The notes under the pieces are model-generated. The model ran no database searches and was not told the origin of the DNA. It saw only the letters and a list, made by a program, of their open reading frames with translations. Below are positions 36,643 to 46,874 of a DNA stretch of 64,000 nt, piece after piece. Position 1 is the stretch's first letter, and every line of letters begins with the position of its first letter. This DNA is from Candidatus Hydrogenedens sp. (GTDB lineage Bacteria; Hydrogenedentota; Hydrogenedentia; Hydrogenedentales; Hydrogenedentaceae): the NCBI GenBank assembly GCA_049968235.1, contig JBMFRC010000009.1, positions 68,913 to 132,912 on the forward strand, read 5' to 3'. A program made the translations under genes and the position numbers.

Positions 36643-37213
36643 ACCCAAAATTAAAATCGGTGTTATGGGCTCTGCTGGTGGAGAAATTTTACCAGAAGTA
36701 GCACAAAAATGCAGAATTTTAGGAGAAACAATTGCAGAATTGGGCTGTGTAATATTAACAGGAGGCTGTCCTGGTTTACCTCACGAAGCAGTCAAAGGAT
36801 GTAAGTCCAGAGGCGGTTTAACAGTCGGAGTTTCTCCCGCATTAAGCGAGTATGAACATGTCCATGTCTACGGAAGTCCTCTCGACCATATTGACATTAT
36901 GATATACACAGGCTCGGGCCTGATGGGTCGTGAAGTAATAGGTGTACGCAGTTGCGATATTATCATTATAGTAGGAGGTCGTTCCGGCACATTAGGCGAA
37001 TTTTCCATTGCTTACGATGAAGGAAGACCTATCGGTGTCCTGATGGGTACAGGAGGTATTGCGGACCATGTCGATGATATTCTCCCTGTTATCGAGAAAA
37101 AAACAGGTTCAAATATTGTTTTTGACAGGGACCCAAAACGGCTTGTTGAGCGTTGTGTAGAATGGTTTAAAGCACATCCACCGGTTATAAGAAACAGGGA
37201 GTCCGCCTCATGA
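36635..37213 (+). CDS. TIGR00725/LOG-like (SLOG) family protein.
   Basis: KIGVMGSAGGE N-terminus and an IIVGGRSGTLGEF motif (PGGxGTxxE-like). Confidence 0.65.
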   Translation: MDKPKIKIGVMGSAGGEILPEVAQKCRILGETIAELGCVILTGGCPGLPHEAVKGCKSRGGLTVGVSPALSEYEHVHVYGSPLDHIDIMIYTGSGLMGREVIGVRSCDIIIIVGGRSGTLGEFSIAYDEGRPIGVLMGTGGIADHVDDILPVIEKKTGSNIVFDRDPKRLVERCVEWFKAHPPVIRNRESAS

Positions 37214-38589
37214 AAATTACATCCTATGGTGCTGCACAAGAAGTAACAGGAAGTAAACACCTCTTAGAAATAAATGGCAATAAAATTTTACTGGATTGTG
37301 GACTTTTTCAGGGAAGACGAACCGAAGCTGACCAAAAAAACCGTCAGAATTCTCTCGACATACAGAAGATTAATAGCATCATACTTAGCCATGCACACAT
37401 AGACCATAGCGGTCTATTACCATTGTTCGGTAAAAAAGGATATAGAGGACCCATCTACGCAACACCTGCTACACGAGATTTATGTTCCATTATGTTAATG
37501 GATAGTGCCCATATTCAACAGAAAGATGCCCAATGGCTGTCCAAAAAGCACCTGACCTTTATACCACCTCTTTACACTTCAGATGATGTCCATGAAATTA
37601 TGAAACGTTTTATATCTATTCCTTATGAAATGCGGATACAGGTCGGAAATGATGTCTTCCTGACATTCCACGACGCAGGACATGTATTAGGTTCCGCAAT
37701 GGTCGAATTAGAATATCGAGAAACGTCGAAGTGGAAACGGTTCATCTTTTCAGGAGATATTGGTCGAAAAAATATGCCCATACTTGCAGACCCATGGGAA
37801 CCCCCTCTTTGTGATACCCTGATTATGGAATCCACCTATGGTGACCGTGACCATGGTAATGTAGAACAGATGGATGCTAAATTAGAAGAGATAATAAAAG
37901 AGGCAGTTGCACAGGATGGCAAAATTATTGTCCCCAGTTTCGCATTAGAACGAACACAAGAATTTATTTACGCTCTACACCGATTGGAAACACAAAACCG
38001 AATTCCCGATATTCCTGTGTATGTAGATAGTCCTCTCACTGTGGACATTACAGAAGTATTTCGATTGCATATGGAATCCTTTGACGAGGAATTTAAAAAA
38101 CAACTACGCGAAGCAGGCAATCCCTTTGACCTGAAACGAATCCGATATGTTCGTTCCCAGACCGAGTCTATGGAATTAAATAGTTTAAAAGGTCCTGCTA
38201 TTATTATCTCTGCATCCGGAATGTGTGAATATGGTAGAATTTTGCACCATCTCCGAAACAATATCTCAGACCCACGCAATACCATTCTTATCATTGGTTT
38301 CCAGGCTGAATATACATTGGGTCGCAAGATTGTTGAAAAACAAAAACAGGTAAAAATTTTAGGTGTTATGTTGGAGTTAAAAGCACGCGTTCGAGTTATG
38401 AACGAATTTAGTGCACACGCAGGTAGGGCTGAACTCATTGATTTTGGTGCCAGATACGCAAATACAGATACAAAAGTTTTTCTGGTACATGGCGAAACAA
38501 AAGCAATGCAGGCTCTATACTCAGCACTTGAAGAAAAAGGAGTTAAAAATCTATCCATTCTTAAATTCTGCGAAACCGTAGAAATCTAA
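37210..38589 (+). CDS. MBL-fold metallo-hydrolase with a beta-CASP/RNA-specificity domain (RNase J / CPSF-like).
   Basis: HAHIDHSG metal-binding motif. Beta-CASP region (IVPSFALERTQEFI). 459 aa. Confidence 0.8.
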   Translation: MKITSYGAAQEVTGSKHLLEINGNKILLDCGLFQGRRTEADQKNRQNSLDIQKINSIILSHAHIDHSGLLPLFGKKGYRGPIYATPATRDLCSIMLMDSAHIQQKDAQWLSKKHLTFIPPLYTSDDVHEIMKRFISIPYEMRIQVGNDVFLTFHDAGHVLGSAMVELEYRETSKWKRFIFSGDIGRKNMPILADPWEPPLCDTLIMESTYGDRDHGNVEQMDAKLEEIIKEAVAQDGKIIVPSFALERTQEFIYALHRLETQNRIPDIPVYVDSPLTVDITEVFRLHMESFDEEFKKQLREAGNPFDLKRIRYVRSQTESMELNSLKGPAIIISASGMCEYGRILHHLRNNISDPRNTILIIGFQAEYTLGRKIVEKQKQVKILGVMLELKARVRVMNEFSAHAGRAELIDFGARYANTDTKVFLVHGETKAMQALYSALEEKGVKNLSILKFCETVEI

Positions 38590-38735
38590 AGTATCACCAA
38601 ATGTTCAATTACTTTATAATCATATTTTATCCTAATGTAGGGCGGAATATTTTTCGCATTTTAAATGTAGTGTTATTTATAATTATAATTATGTGTATAA
38701 ATTTATATAGAATAATCTAATATAAGGGTTTTGTT

Positions 38736-39167
38736 ATGAAAAAAATCTTTTTATTAATGGTATTGGTTCTCGGTCTTGTGTCTCTTTCCGGTTGTAATCC
38801 AGACACTCGTTTGAATGGTGTTTGGGAAGGTTCACAGTGGGAAAATGGTAAAGAGATGGAAAATAGTCAAATTACAATTGAATTTAAAAGTGGTTCTTTG
38901 AAAATTTCGCAGAATGTAGGTGCTATTAGTTTCAATTATCAGGGCTCGTATGCAACATATATCGAAAAGTTCCCTAATCAAATATTTTTTACAATTAATA
39001 TAGACAATAATATAGCTATTATACGCAAAGGTATTTATCGTTTTAATCTTCCCATGTTTGGTAAAACACTCTATCTATCTGTAACACAATCCGATGAAGA
39101 GAACTATCCTCCCAAAGAGAGATTAAATCCCGATGTAGGACCTGTGTATGTACTGAAAAAGAAGTAA
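38736..39167 (+). CDS. Putative lipoprotein, hypothetical.
   Basis: Signal peptide with a lipobox-like LSGC. Confidence 0.45.
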   Translation: MKKIFLLMVLVLGLVSLSGCNPDTRLNGVWEGSQWENGKEMENSQITIEFKSGSLKISQNVGAISFNYQGSYATYIEKFPNQIFFTINIDNNIAIIRKGIYRFNLPMFGKTLYLSVTQSDEENYPPKERLNPDVGPVYVLKKK

Positions 39168-39177
39168 GGAACTCATC

Positions 39178-40329
39178 TTAAAAAGAAGCCAGGGGATTAA
39201 TAGGCTTTTTATGTGTTTTATGTTCAATAAAACAACATCCGGGACAGGTTGCCCAAAGATGATTTTTACATGCCTGTCGGAATTGACGCATAACCGGATT
39301 ATTCCATAATTCTTTTAAGGATGCGTTTTTGATATTTCCAATTTTACATATCCAGCAAGGATATACATCGCCTGTTCGTCCAATGAATAAAGTATTCCAT
39401 GCATTTCTACATTCAAAATCATTTAAATCAATTCCTATTGTATAGTAGTCAATAATCGAAGAAATAGGCATTCGAGGAAGACGCAGTTGTATCCCTAATT
39501 TTGTCGCTTCTGTAATCGTTTCTGTTAACGATATTGTCAATTTATCTCTATCAATTTTGGGATACTGAATATGTTCCGCTTTATATACCGAAGGGTCTAC
39601 ATCCCCCAAACCGGGAAGGTCAAGAGATCTACTTTCTGTTACTAAATTCAGGACATCTGCCCCTAATTCCTTTATCAAAGCAGGCATTTGAGGTAAAATC
39701 TCCACATTATCCTGCTGAATAACGGTTGTTATATGTATCAATGGACACTGTTTTTTCGCCTTCTCACGATATTCTCGTAAAAATTTAATCCCTGTGATAG
39801 TTCGTTCAAAAGCCCCTTTCATCTTACGGATATTATCATGTTTTTCTCCGGGTGCTTCAATAGATGTCCCTGCAAAATTAAGTCCTTTCCCTCCCAACCT
39901 TCTGGGTGCTAATTCTACCAGTTCTTCTGCTCTTTCCTCCGTAATCATTGTCCCATTTGAAATAAAATGTGTTCTTGCTCTTCTACTTGCATAGGAGAAC
40001 AATTCCATAAAATCCTTGCGTACAAAAGGTTCTCCACCGGTAAATGTAATCAAACTCCATGAATGTATTTGTGAAATTACATTTTTCCATTCTTCTGTAG
40101 TTAACTCTCCTTCCATTTGCTGTTTAATAGGGACATTTTCCAGCCAATCAATATATTGGCACATTTTACAACGAAGGTTGCAACGACGGGTAAGTTCGAT
40201 ATAGTAATGCCATGCAGGAAATGAATAACCGCTTTTAAAATAATTATATGGAATAGAACTATAAAAGCGTTGAAGTATATCGTAAAGTGAGGCAATACCC
40301 CAGCGTAATACTGAATTTTTACATTCCAT
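39178..40329 (-). CDS. Radical SAM enzyme with a C-terminal SPASM-like Cys cluster.
   Basis: CNLRCKMCQY is the C-x3-C-x2-C radical SAM motif. The C-terminus has C-x2-C...C-x2-CC. Confidence 0.75.
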   Translation of the reverse strand: MECKNSVLRWGIASLYDILQRFYSSIPYNYFKSGYSFPAWHYYIELTRRCNLRCKMCQYIDWLENVPIKQQMEGELTTEEWKNVISQIHSWSLITFTGGEPFVRKDFMELFSYASRRARTHFISNGTMITEERAEELVELAPRRLGGKGLNFAGTSIEAPGEKHDNIRKMKGAFERTITGIKFLREYREKAKKQCPLIHITTVIQQDNVEILPQMPALIKELGADVLNLVTESRSLDLPGLGDVDPSVYKAEHIQYPKIDRDKLTISLTETITEATKLGIQLRLPRMPISSIIDYYTIGIDLNDFECRNAWNTLFIGRTGDVYPCWICKIGNIKNASLKELWNNPVMRQFRQACKNHLWATCPGCCFIEHKTHKKPINPLASF

Positions 40330-40405
40330 AGTATTTCTCTTTTTTTTCTATTGTAACAAAGTATCCACAGACATTATTTCAATTGTCTATTGTAAACAAA
40401 TAGAA

Positions 40406-41191
40406 TTACTCAAATGAAAATATTTTCTTTGCATTTTGGTTTGTGGAATGAATTATATCCGTTATACGAACCTTTTTTATCTCTGCTATTTTTTCTGCTG
40501 TATAAAGTAAAAATTCTGGAACACATCTTTTCCCTCGAACAGGTTGTGGTGCAAGATATGGAGCATCTGTTTCGATAAGTAAAAATTCCAGGGGTACCCG
40601 TTCCACACAATTTTGTAATTCAATGGCTTTGGGGTATGTTATGTTTCCTGCAAAAGATATATAACAATTTAGTTGCAGAAATGGTTCCACCATATCCATA
40701 TCACCTCCGTAACAATGCAGAATTATAGAAGGGACATTTTTATAATAATCGCATAGAATTTCGTAAGTATCCTTTTCTGCATTTCTGCTGTGTATTACTA
40801 TCGGAAGGTTATGCTGATGTGCAAATTCAATTTGCTGAACGAATGCTTTTTTTTGAATATCCTTTGGTACTTTACAATGATAATAATCCAGTCCTATTTC
40901 ACCAATAGCACGAATATACCCAGTATGTAAAAATGAACTTAGTGTTTCTAAATTCCCTTCAATAACTTTTTCTGAATAATACGGATGATAACCTACTGCA
41001 TATCTTATTTTAGGGTGTTTTATTAAAGATAATGAAGAAATATTAAAAGGTTCCTCAATAATAATAACTAAACCCTCTAACATTTCAAGAGAAGCAGTAA
41101 TTATCTTCTCTCTGTCCTCATTAAATTTTTCATCAAATAGATGACAATGACTATCTATGGGTTTTATTTGTATGTTATTCTGAACTGGCAT
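40406..41191 (-). CDS. tatD: TatD-family metal-dependent hydrolase.
   Basis: IDSHCHL N-terminal motif. TIM-barrel hydrolase length of 261 aa. Confidence 0.8.
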   Translation of the reverse strand: MPVQNNIQIKPIDSHCHLFDEKFNEDREKIITASLEMLEGLVIIIEEPFNISSLSLIKHPKIRYAVGYHPYYSEKVIEGNLETLSSFLHTGYIRAIGEIGLDYYHCKVPKDIQKKAFVQQIEFAHQHNLPIVIHSRNAEKDTYEILCDYYKNVPSIILHCYGGDMDMVEPFLQLNCYISFAGNITYPKAIELQNCVERVPLEFLLIETDAPYLAPQPVRGKRCVPEFLLYTAEKIAEIKKVRITDIIHSTNQNAKKIFSFE

Positions 41192-41209
41192 GGATAGTAA
41201 AAATATCTG

Positions 41210-41971
41210 TTAGGAATCTTTATTGGTGGGGTCAAGGGGTTCATCTTCAAGTTCTTTTAACAACTTTATTTCTTCCTGGTCTAATTCTTCATCAATATCT
41301 GCCTCATCATCCCTGAAATATTTCAAAGGAGGATACATTTCATTTTCGTAGGATAAGCAACAGAGAAGGCGACCACATTGCCCACTAATTTTTGTTGGAT
41401 TTAAGGATAGATTCTGCCTCTTTGCCATTCGCATAGAAATAGGTATAAATTGTTCAAGCCACTGAGCACAACAAAGTTTTAATCCACAATTACCAATTCC
41501 CCCGACCAATTTGGCTTGGTCGCGAATTTGTATATGTCTCAATTCAATTCGTGTGCGAAATTCCTGCGCAAGGTCTTTGACTAATTCACGAAAGTCAACC
41601 CGTCGGTCTGCTGTAAAATAAAAAGTAAGGCGATGTTTATCAAAAGTATATTCCGCATCAGCCAGACGCATAGGCAAATTGTGCTTGTTAACATACTTCT
41701 GACAGGTTACCAATGCTTTTTTTTCTTCTTGCACGATTTCTTTTAATGTTTTATGGTCATTATTATGCGCCCGACGAATCACCTTAAAAGCACTATGACG
41801 TTCTATTTCCACAGAACACGGTTCCGGAGGAAGAACACAGATGCCCCATTCCTGCCCACGGTCAGTTTGCACAATACAGGGGTCATCTCTTTTAATAATA
41901 ATCTGTTCACTGCAAAGTACCTGTAATACTCGTCTCGGTTTTCTCATGCGTATTCTGGCTATATTTTGCAT
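41210..41971 (-). CDS. PSP1 C-terminal domain protein (RicT/YaaT-like).
   Basis: LVGGIGNCGLKLCCAQWL...GQCGRLLCCLSYE is the PSP1 Cys motif. Sits next to holB, as often seen. Confidence 0.75.
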   Translation of the reverse strand: MQNIARIRMRKPRRVLQVLCSEQIIIKRDDPCIVQTDRGQEWGICVLPPEPCSVEIERHSAFKVIRRAHNNDHKTLKEIVQEEKKALVTCQKYVNKHNLPMRLADAEYTFDKHRLTFYFTADRRVDFRELVKDLAQEFRTRIELRHIQIRDQAKLVGGIGNCGLKLCCAQWLEQFIPISMRMAKRQNLSLNPTKISGQCGRLLCCLSYENEMYPPLKYFRDDEADIDEELDQEEIKLLKELEDEPLDPTNKDS

Positions 41972-41985
41972 ATATAACTACCTCT

Positions 41986-43116
41986 TCAAATTTTCGGTGA
42001 TAAAGCAAAAAACAAATCTCGAACAACTTTTTCACGGCTTATGTTCCGTAACAAATAAGAACGAACTTTTCCCACAAAGTTTAGTCCTGCCTCTGCGTGC
42101 TGTTGATTCCATGACTTAAATTCTGAAATCATTTCAGGAAAATATAGCATATCAGAATTCTGAGTGTTAATATAAACCAGCACGTCACGCAAAAAACAAG
42201 TTATCAAATACAAACAAGATTCAAACTCATTAGCAACCTGTGCCTCTATTTCCGCATTTATTAATTGCTGTAGTGCATTTTGTTCGGCAGGGGTTAACTC
42301 TTTCTTATCTATATTTTCCGTTTTACTTGCCTCCTTTTCAATTTTCTTCCGTATCCCTGTAAGAAACTGTTCAAATTCTACGGTAAGTAGTAAAGGGTCC
42401 CTACCTTGTGCTAACTGCCGGAACAATTCCATTATTAAAGTCCGTTTATCGGAATCCAATATTTCTATGCTTTTAGATATCTGCCCTTGAGATAACATAG
42501 CAACAAGATAAGCAGTTTTTTCCGGAATTTCCTTGATTTGGTTTATAATTTTTGTGACGGTTTCCAGTCTCAGCCTTTGAAAACGAATGGGCTGGCACCG
42601 GGAGCGAATGGTTGGAAGTATTAACCCCGGATTCGAACTGAGTAGAATAAAAGTTGTTTCAGAAACAGGTTCTTCAAGTGTCTTTAAAAAGTGATTTTGA
42701 GCCGGTATCCCTATTCTCTCCGCATCTTCAAAAATAATAAATCGTCGACTACTCTCATAGGCTCTATACAGGGCTATCTTATTAACCTCTTCTATTGTAT
42801 CTACACTAATAAGTCTTGTTTTCCCCATTGGTCGGATTATCATTACATCCGGATGAATGTCTCTTTCAATACGAGAACAAATAGAACAGTCTCCACACCC
42901 TTTTACTTCTGTATTTTGACATAAAACTGATTGAGCAAACGCCTTTGCAGTAACTTTCTTCCCAACTCCATCAGGTCCCCAGAAGAGATATGCATGAGAA
43001 ATGCGATTGTTTTGGATAGAATTAGTTAAGATACGAATAGCAGTATTCTGGTCTTTTATTTTTTGAAAAACCGGAGGTATGCGTTTCTCAATATGATTAC
43101 TTATTATTTCTGGCAT
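41986..43116 (-). CDS. holB: DNA polymerase III subunit delta prime.
   Basis: AYLFWGPDGVGKKVTAKAFAQSVLCQN...CGDCSICSRIERDIHPDVMII gives the AAA+ P-loop plus zinc module. Confidence 0.85.
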   Translation of the reverse strand: MPEIISNHIEKRIPPVFQKIKDQNTAIRILTNSIQNNRISHAYLFWGPDGVGKKVTAKAFAQSVLCQNTEVKGCGDCSICSRIERDIHPDVMIIRPMGKTRLISVDTIEEVNKIALYRAYESSRRFIIFEDAERIGIPAQNHFLKTLEEPVSETTFILLSSNPGLILPTIRSRCQPIRFQRLRLETVTKIINQIKEIPEKTAYLVAMLSQGQISKSIEILDSDKRTLIMELFRQLAQGRDPLLLTVEFEQFLTGIRKKIEKEASKTENIDKKELTPAEQNALQQLINAEIEAQVANEFESCLYLITCFLRDVLVYINTQNSDMLYFPEMISEFKSWNQQHAEAGLNFVGKVRSYLLRNISREKVVRDLFFALSPKI

Positions 43117-43736
43117 AGTTCCCTTAAATCGTTTTGTATGATTAAAGCAATTGCATCTTCAGATTGCATCGCATCAATTATCATAACCCTCTGAGGATTC
43201 TCCTGTGCAATCCGAAGAAAACAATCACGGATTCTTTGGTGAAATTCCATATTTTCTGTTTCTAAACGGTCTAAGGTATTTCCGCGTTTACTTATCCGTT
43301 GTATTCCTACCTCAACAGGTAAATCAAATAAATAAGTTCTTGTAGGATAAATTCCTAATGTAGCAATCTTATGTATTTGATGTATAAGTTCAAAATCTAA
43401 ACCTCGTCCTCCACCTTGATACGCCGTCGTTGAGTCAATATACCTATCGCATATTACAGTAATTCCTTGTTCTAAAGCAGGCAGAATAACCTCTCGCAGA
43501 TGTTGAGTTCTATCCGCAGAAAATAATAACAGTTCCGCAATGGGATGCAATGGAATAGGATTATCATTTTTTTCGAGAAGAATTCGCCGAATATATTCAC
43601 CTGCTTGTGTAGCCCCCGGTTCGTAAGTTCGCAAAACAGGATACCTTAATGATTTAAGATATTCTTCTGCTCTCTTTGCTTGCGTTGTTTTACCACAACC
43701 TTCAATACCTTCAAATGTAATGAAATGTGCCATCAT
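43104..43736 (-). CDS. tmk: Thymidylate kinase.
   Basis: FITFEGIEGCGKTTQ P-loop. Overlaps holB and tyrA, giving an operon arrangement. Confidence 0.9.
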   Translation of the reverse strand: MMAHFITFEGIEGCGKTTQAKRAEEYLKSLRYPVLRTYEPGATQAGEYIRRILLEKNDNPIPLHPIAELLLFSADRTQHLREVILPALEQGITVICDRYIDSTTAYQGGGRGLDFELIHQIHKIATLGIYPTRTYLFDLPVEVGIQRISKRGNTLDRLETENMEFHQRIRDCFLRIAQENPQRVMIIDAMQSEDAIALIIQNDLRELCQK

Positions 43737-44608
43737 TTGTTAAATAACCGTTGTCGTGAGTCGTTCCCTTGTTTAAAGAAATCCATTATCCGGTCAACCT
43801 CATTGTTTTGGAGAGATAACTTGAACTCTTCTAATTTTTTTTGAATCCCTTCAATGCCTGAAAGGATATTTTTTTGATTAGTTAAAATTATATCTTTCCA
43901 TATTTCGGGTCGGCTCTCTGCAATCCGTGTAGTATCTCGAAAACCACCACCGATAAAATGATTAGGAGATTTCGTTTCCTCCGTAACTTGAGCCAATGCA
44001 GATGCTATAACATGCGGAAGATGACTTGTATATGCCATAAAAAAGTCATGTTCCTCCATATCCACTTCGATAACCTTTGTCCCCAAAGTATTCCAAAAAT
44101 CCCATACGGTTTTTTTTACTTCTGTTCGGGCATTGGTCCCCTTTTCTAAAAGACAAATCGTATTATCATAGAAATCTGCTCTTGCATACTCCGGTCCATA
44201 TTTTTCTGAGCCCGCAAGGGGATGACTACCTATAAATGGACTATTCTTATGCCAGATGGATTGTGCACACTTACATATATCTACTTTTGTGCTACATACA
44301 TCTGTTATTATAGCCTTTTCAGAAGAAATATATTGGCCAATGGACTGGAGAATCTTTATGGCTGATTGGACAGGGGTACAAAGGATGATAAAATCTGCAT
44401 TACTAATAGAAGGAAATAATTCTGTAGAGAAATTATCAATAGCCCCTTTTTGTAATGCTTTTTCTAAAGTAGAAATATTCCGCCCTATACCCATTACTTC
44501 ATCAGCTAATTTTTTATTACGGATTGCCATCCCTAACGAGGCACCCAAAAGTCCTACTCCAATAATGGCAACTTTCCCGAAATGTAACTCCACTATTTGT
44601 TTCTCCAA
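43733..44608 (-). CDS. tyrA: Prephenate dehydrogenase.
   Basis: VAIIGVGLLGASLGMAI Rossmann motif plus a prephenate dehydrogenase C-terminal domain. Confidence 0.8.
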   Translation of the reverse strand: MEKQIVELHFGKVAIIGVGLLGASLGMAIRNKKLADEVMGIGRNISTLEKALQKGAIDNFSTELFPSISNADFIILCTPVQSAIKILQSIGQYISSEKAIITDVCSTKVDICKCAQSIWHKNSPFIGSHPLAGSEKYGPEYARADFYDNTICLLEKGTNARTEVKKTVWDFWNTLGTKVIEVDMEEHDFFMAYTSHLPHVIASALAQVTEETKSPNHFIGGGFRDTTRIAESRPEIWKDIILTNQKNILSGIEGIQKKLEEFKLSLQNNEVDRIMDFFKQGNDSRQRLFNK

Positions 44609-44611
44609 TTA

Positions 44612-45337
44612 TTAGGAACCAAGTATCTGTTTCGCTTCTTTTATCGAAAACTTCTTTAAGTATAACGCTCTGCCAACAATAATCTCATCTACGCCGAAGG
44701 GCTGTAATAATTTTGCTTTCTGTATATCTTCCAGAGAGGATACACCTCCCGACATGGTAACGGGAATATGAACGGACTGGGCTATTTGTTGTGTAACTAT
44801 AAAATTGGGGCCTTTCATCATACCATCCGAAAGAATATCTGTATATATTATACGAATAGCACCATACTCTTGTGCCTTTTGTGCAATTTCTATTGCAGAG
44901 AGGTTCGTTTCTTCTATCCAACCTTCAAGAGCGATTTTCCCATTTTTGGCATCAATGGCTACAACTATTTTGTCTTTCCATTTTAAAGTGGCTATTTGTA
45001 ATAAATCGGGATTTTTAACCATCCCTGTCCCAATAATTACCCGTGAAGCACCTGCAGAAATAATTTTCTCTATTGTATCTACCGTCCGTATCCCCCCACC
45101 TACCTCATATGGAATCCCATTTTCCCCTAATTTTTCAAGAAAAGGTAAAATTTCACATCTCCCCGATTTAGCTCCATCTAAATCAACAATGTGAAGTATC
45201 CCTTCTTGAAGTTCGTTCCACCAGATTTTTGCTTGTTCGAGAGGGTCATCAGAAAAAACAGTTTCCTTCCCATAATCCCCTTGAACCAGATTGACACACT
45301 TTCCCCCTCGTATATCAACTGCAGGCACGATACGCAT
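44612..45337 (-). CDS. hisA: HisA/PriA-type ProFAR isomerase.
   Basis: MRIVPAVDIRGGKCVNLVQGDY and a (beta/alpha)8 HisA signature. 241 aa. Confidence 0.85.
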   Translation of the reverse strand: MRIVPAVDIRGGKCVNLVQGDYGKETVFSDDPLEQAKIWWNELQEGILHIVDLDGAKSGRCEILPFLEKLGENGIPYEVGGGIRTVDTIEKIISAGASRVIIGTGMVKNPDLLQIATLKWKDKIVVAIDAKNGKIALEGWIEETNLSAIEIAQKAQEYGAIRIIYTDILSDGMMKGPNFIVTQQIAQSVHIPVTMSGGVSSLEDIQKAKLLQPFGVDEIIVGRALYLKKFSIKEAKQILGS

Positions 45338-45354
45338 TTAATATTTGCCTGTTT

Positions 45355-45780
45355 TTAGGATGAAGTATCTACTTCAGAAATATCAACTGGTTCAGAATCT
45401 TTTTCATCTTGAGGAATGGATTCGCCTGCAATCGCAGATTTTGCAATCTCAACCAATTTGGCGAAGGCTTCCTCATCTTTTACCGCAAGGTCTGCCAGCA
45501 TTTTACGGTCTGCATTCATTCCCGCCTTATGTAGACCAAATACAAGACGGTTATAACTCATACCATAATTGCGTGCCGCCGCATTAATTCGGGCTATCCA
45601 CAAAGCACGAATTTCTCTTTTCTTGGATTTGCGGTCACGATAGGCATATTGTCCGGCATGGTCAACCGCTTGTTTGGCTGTTTTGAAAAGGCGATGATGG
45701 CTTCCACGATATCCTTCGGCTTGTTTTAATACTTTGCGTCTGCGGTCACGGGAAGCAGGATTGTTTGTTGCTCGTGGCAT
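45355..45780 (-). CDS. rplT: 50S ribosomal protein L20, with an acidic C-terminal extension of about 20 aa.
   Basis: MPRATNNPASRDRRRKVLKQAEGYRG is the L20 N-terminus. Confidence 0.9.
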   Translation of the reverse strand: MPRATNNPASRDRRRKVLKQAEGYRGSHHRLFKTAKQAVDHAGQYAYRDRKSKKREIRALWIARINAAARNYGMSYNRLVFGLHKAGMNADRKMLADLAVKDEEAFAKLVEIAKSAIAGESIPQDEKDSEPVDISEVDTSS

Positions 45781-45882
45781 TGCTCTTTCTCCTATTTTGT
45801 AAAATGTTATGTTTATGTTCCGGAGGCATCTTCCGGATACATGAACACGAATTTATTAATTAAAACAAAAAAAATCCCTCTT

Positions 45883-46080
45883 TTATGCGTAAGGAAGCAT
45901 CACTTTTACATTTTTTGCTTCTACAGATGAGACCAGTGTAGTCTTTCTCAGGTGTCTCTTCTTCTTTGCTGATTTGGTCGTTTTTAAATGCCTATTATAG
46001 GCTTTCTTTCTCAAAACCTTCCCGTTTTTAGTAACCTTAAATCTTTTTGATGCACTCTTATTCGTTTTTAATTTTGTCAT
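45883..46080 (-). CDS. rpmI: 50S ribosomal protein L35.
   Basis: MTKLKTNKSASKRFKVTKNGKV. Confidence 0.9.
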   Translation of the reverse strand: MTKLKTNKSASKRFKVTKNGKVLRKKAYNRHLKTTKSAKKKRHLRKTTLVSSVEAKNVKVMLPYA

Positions 46081-46159
46081 GGATTAACTCCTTTTTATTT
46101 AAACGTATTACAATTAATACATTTCTGGATAAAGAAGTTCCTTTTAGATTTGTCGTCGT

Positions 46160-46696
46160 TTAATTTGATTTGCCCGGACTGAGAGTAATAGTTAACGACC
46201 TATCCTCAGGACGACAATGTTCGAGCGAGTATGTTTCTGAGCAAAGGTCCTTTGTAGATTCAATAATATTCTTTAGAACTTCGTAGGCAAATTCGGGGTG
46301 TTCATATTCACGACCTCGAAATACCACTGAGACCTTCACCTTATTTCCTTCTTCAAGGAACTCTCGTATATGTTTTAGTTTATATTCGAAATCATGTTTA
46401 TCAATTTTCGGTCTTAGTTTTATTTCCTTCAGCACAATTACATGCTGTTTCCTTTTTGCTTCGCGGGCTCTTCTTTTCTGTTCATAACGGTATTTACCAT
46501 AATCCATTATTCTACATACTGGCGGGGTAGCATTGGGTGCTACTTCTACGAGGTCCAGTTCACGCATTTCGGCTTCCCTCAGAGCATCTCTTTTGCTCAT
46601 GATACCTAACTGAACCCCTTTATCATCAATTACTCTTACCTGCGGAGCCCTGATTTCTTCATTCACCCGCACCGTGTCTTCAGACGGCTTTGCTAT
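46160..46696 (-). CDS. infC: Translation initiation factor IF-3, probably starting at a non-canonical AUA codon.
   Basis: VNEEIRAPQVRVIDDKGVQLGI is the IF3 core. The ORF track starts at GTG 46670-46672. A strong AAGGAG ribosome-binding site lies 7 nt upstream of an in-frame ATA at 46694-46696 (IAKPSEDT...), consistent with the unusual start codons known for infC autoregulation. Confidence 0.8.
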   Translation of the reverse strand: MAKPSEDTVRVNEEIRAPQVRVIDDKGVQLGIMSKRDALREAEMRELDLVEVAPNATPPVCRIMDYGKYRYEQKRRAREAKRKQHVIVLKEIKLRPKIDKHDFEYKLKHIREFLEEGNKVKVSVVFRGREYEHPEFAYEVLKNIIESTKDLCSETYSLEHCRPEDRSLTITLSPGKSN

Positions 46697-46874
46697 CGTT
46701 GTTCTCCTTAATTTATAGTTTTATTTGCCTCAACTTTTGATAAAATTATACTTTAACAGTATACATTTTATCAAATTGAAATTGATACTTTGTAATAAGA
46801 CCGACCAGTCAGACCTGTAACTTGTTTATCCCGGCTGACTTGTCCAACACAAAAACAAAGAAAAGGAGGCCATT

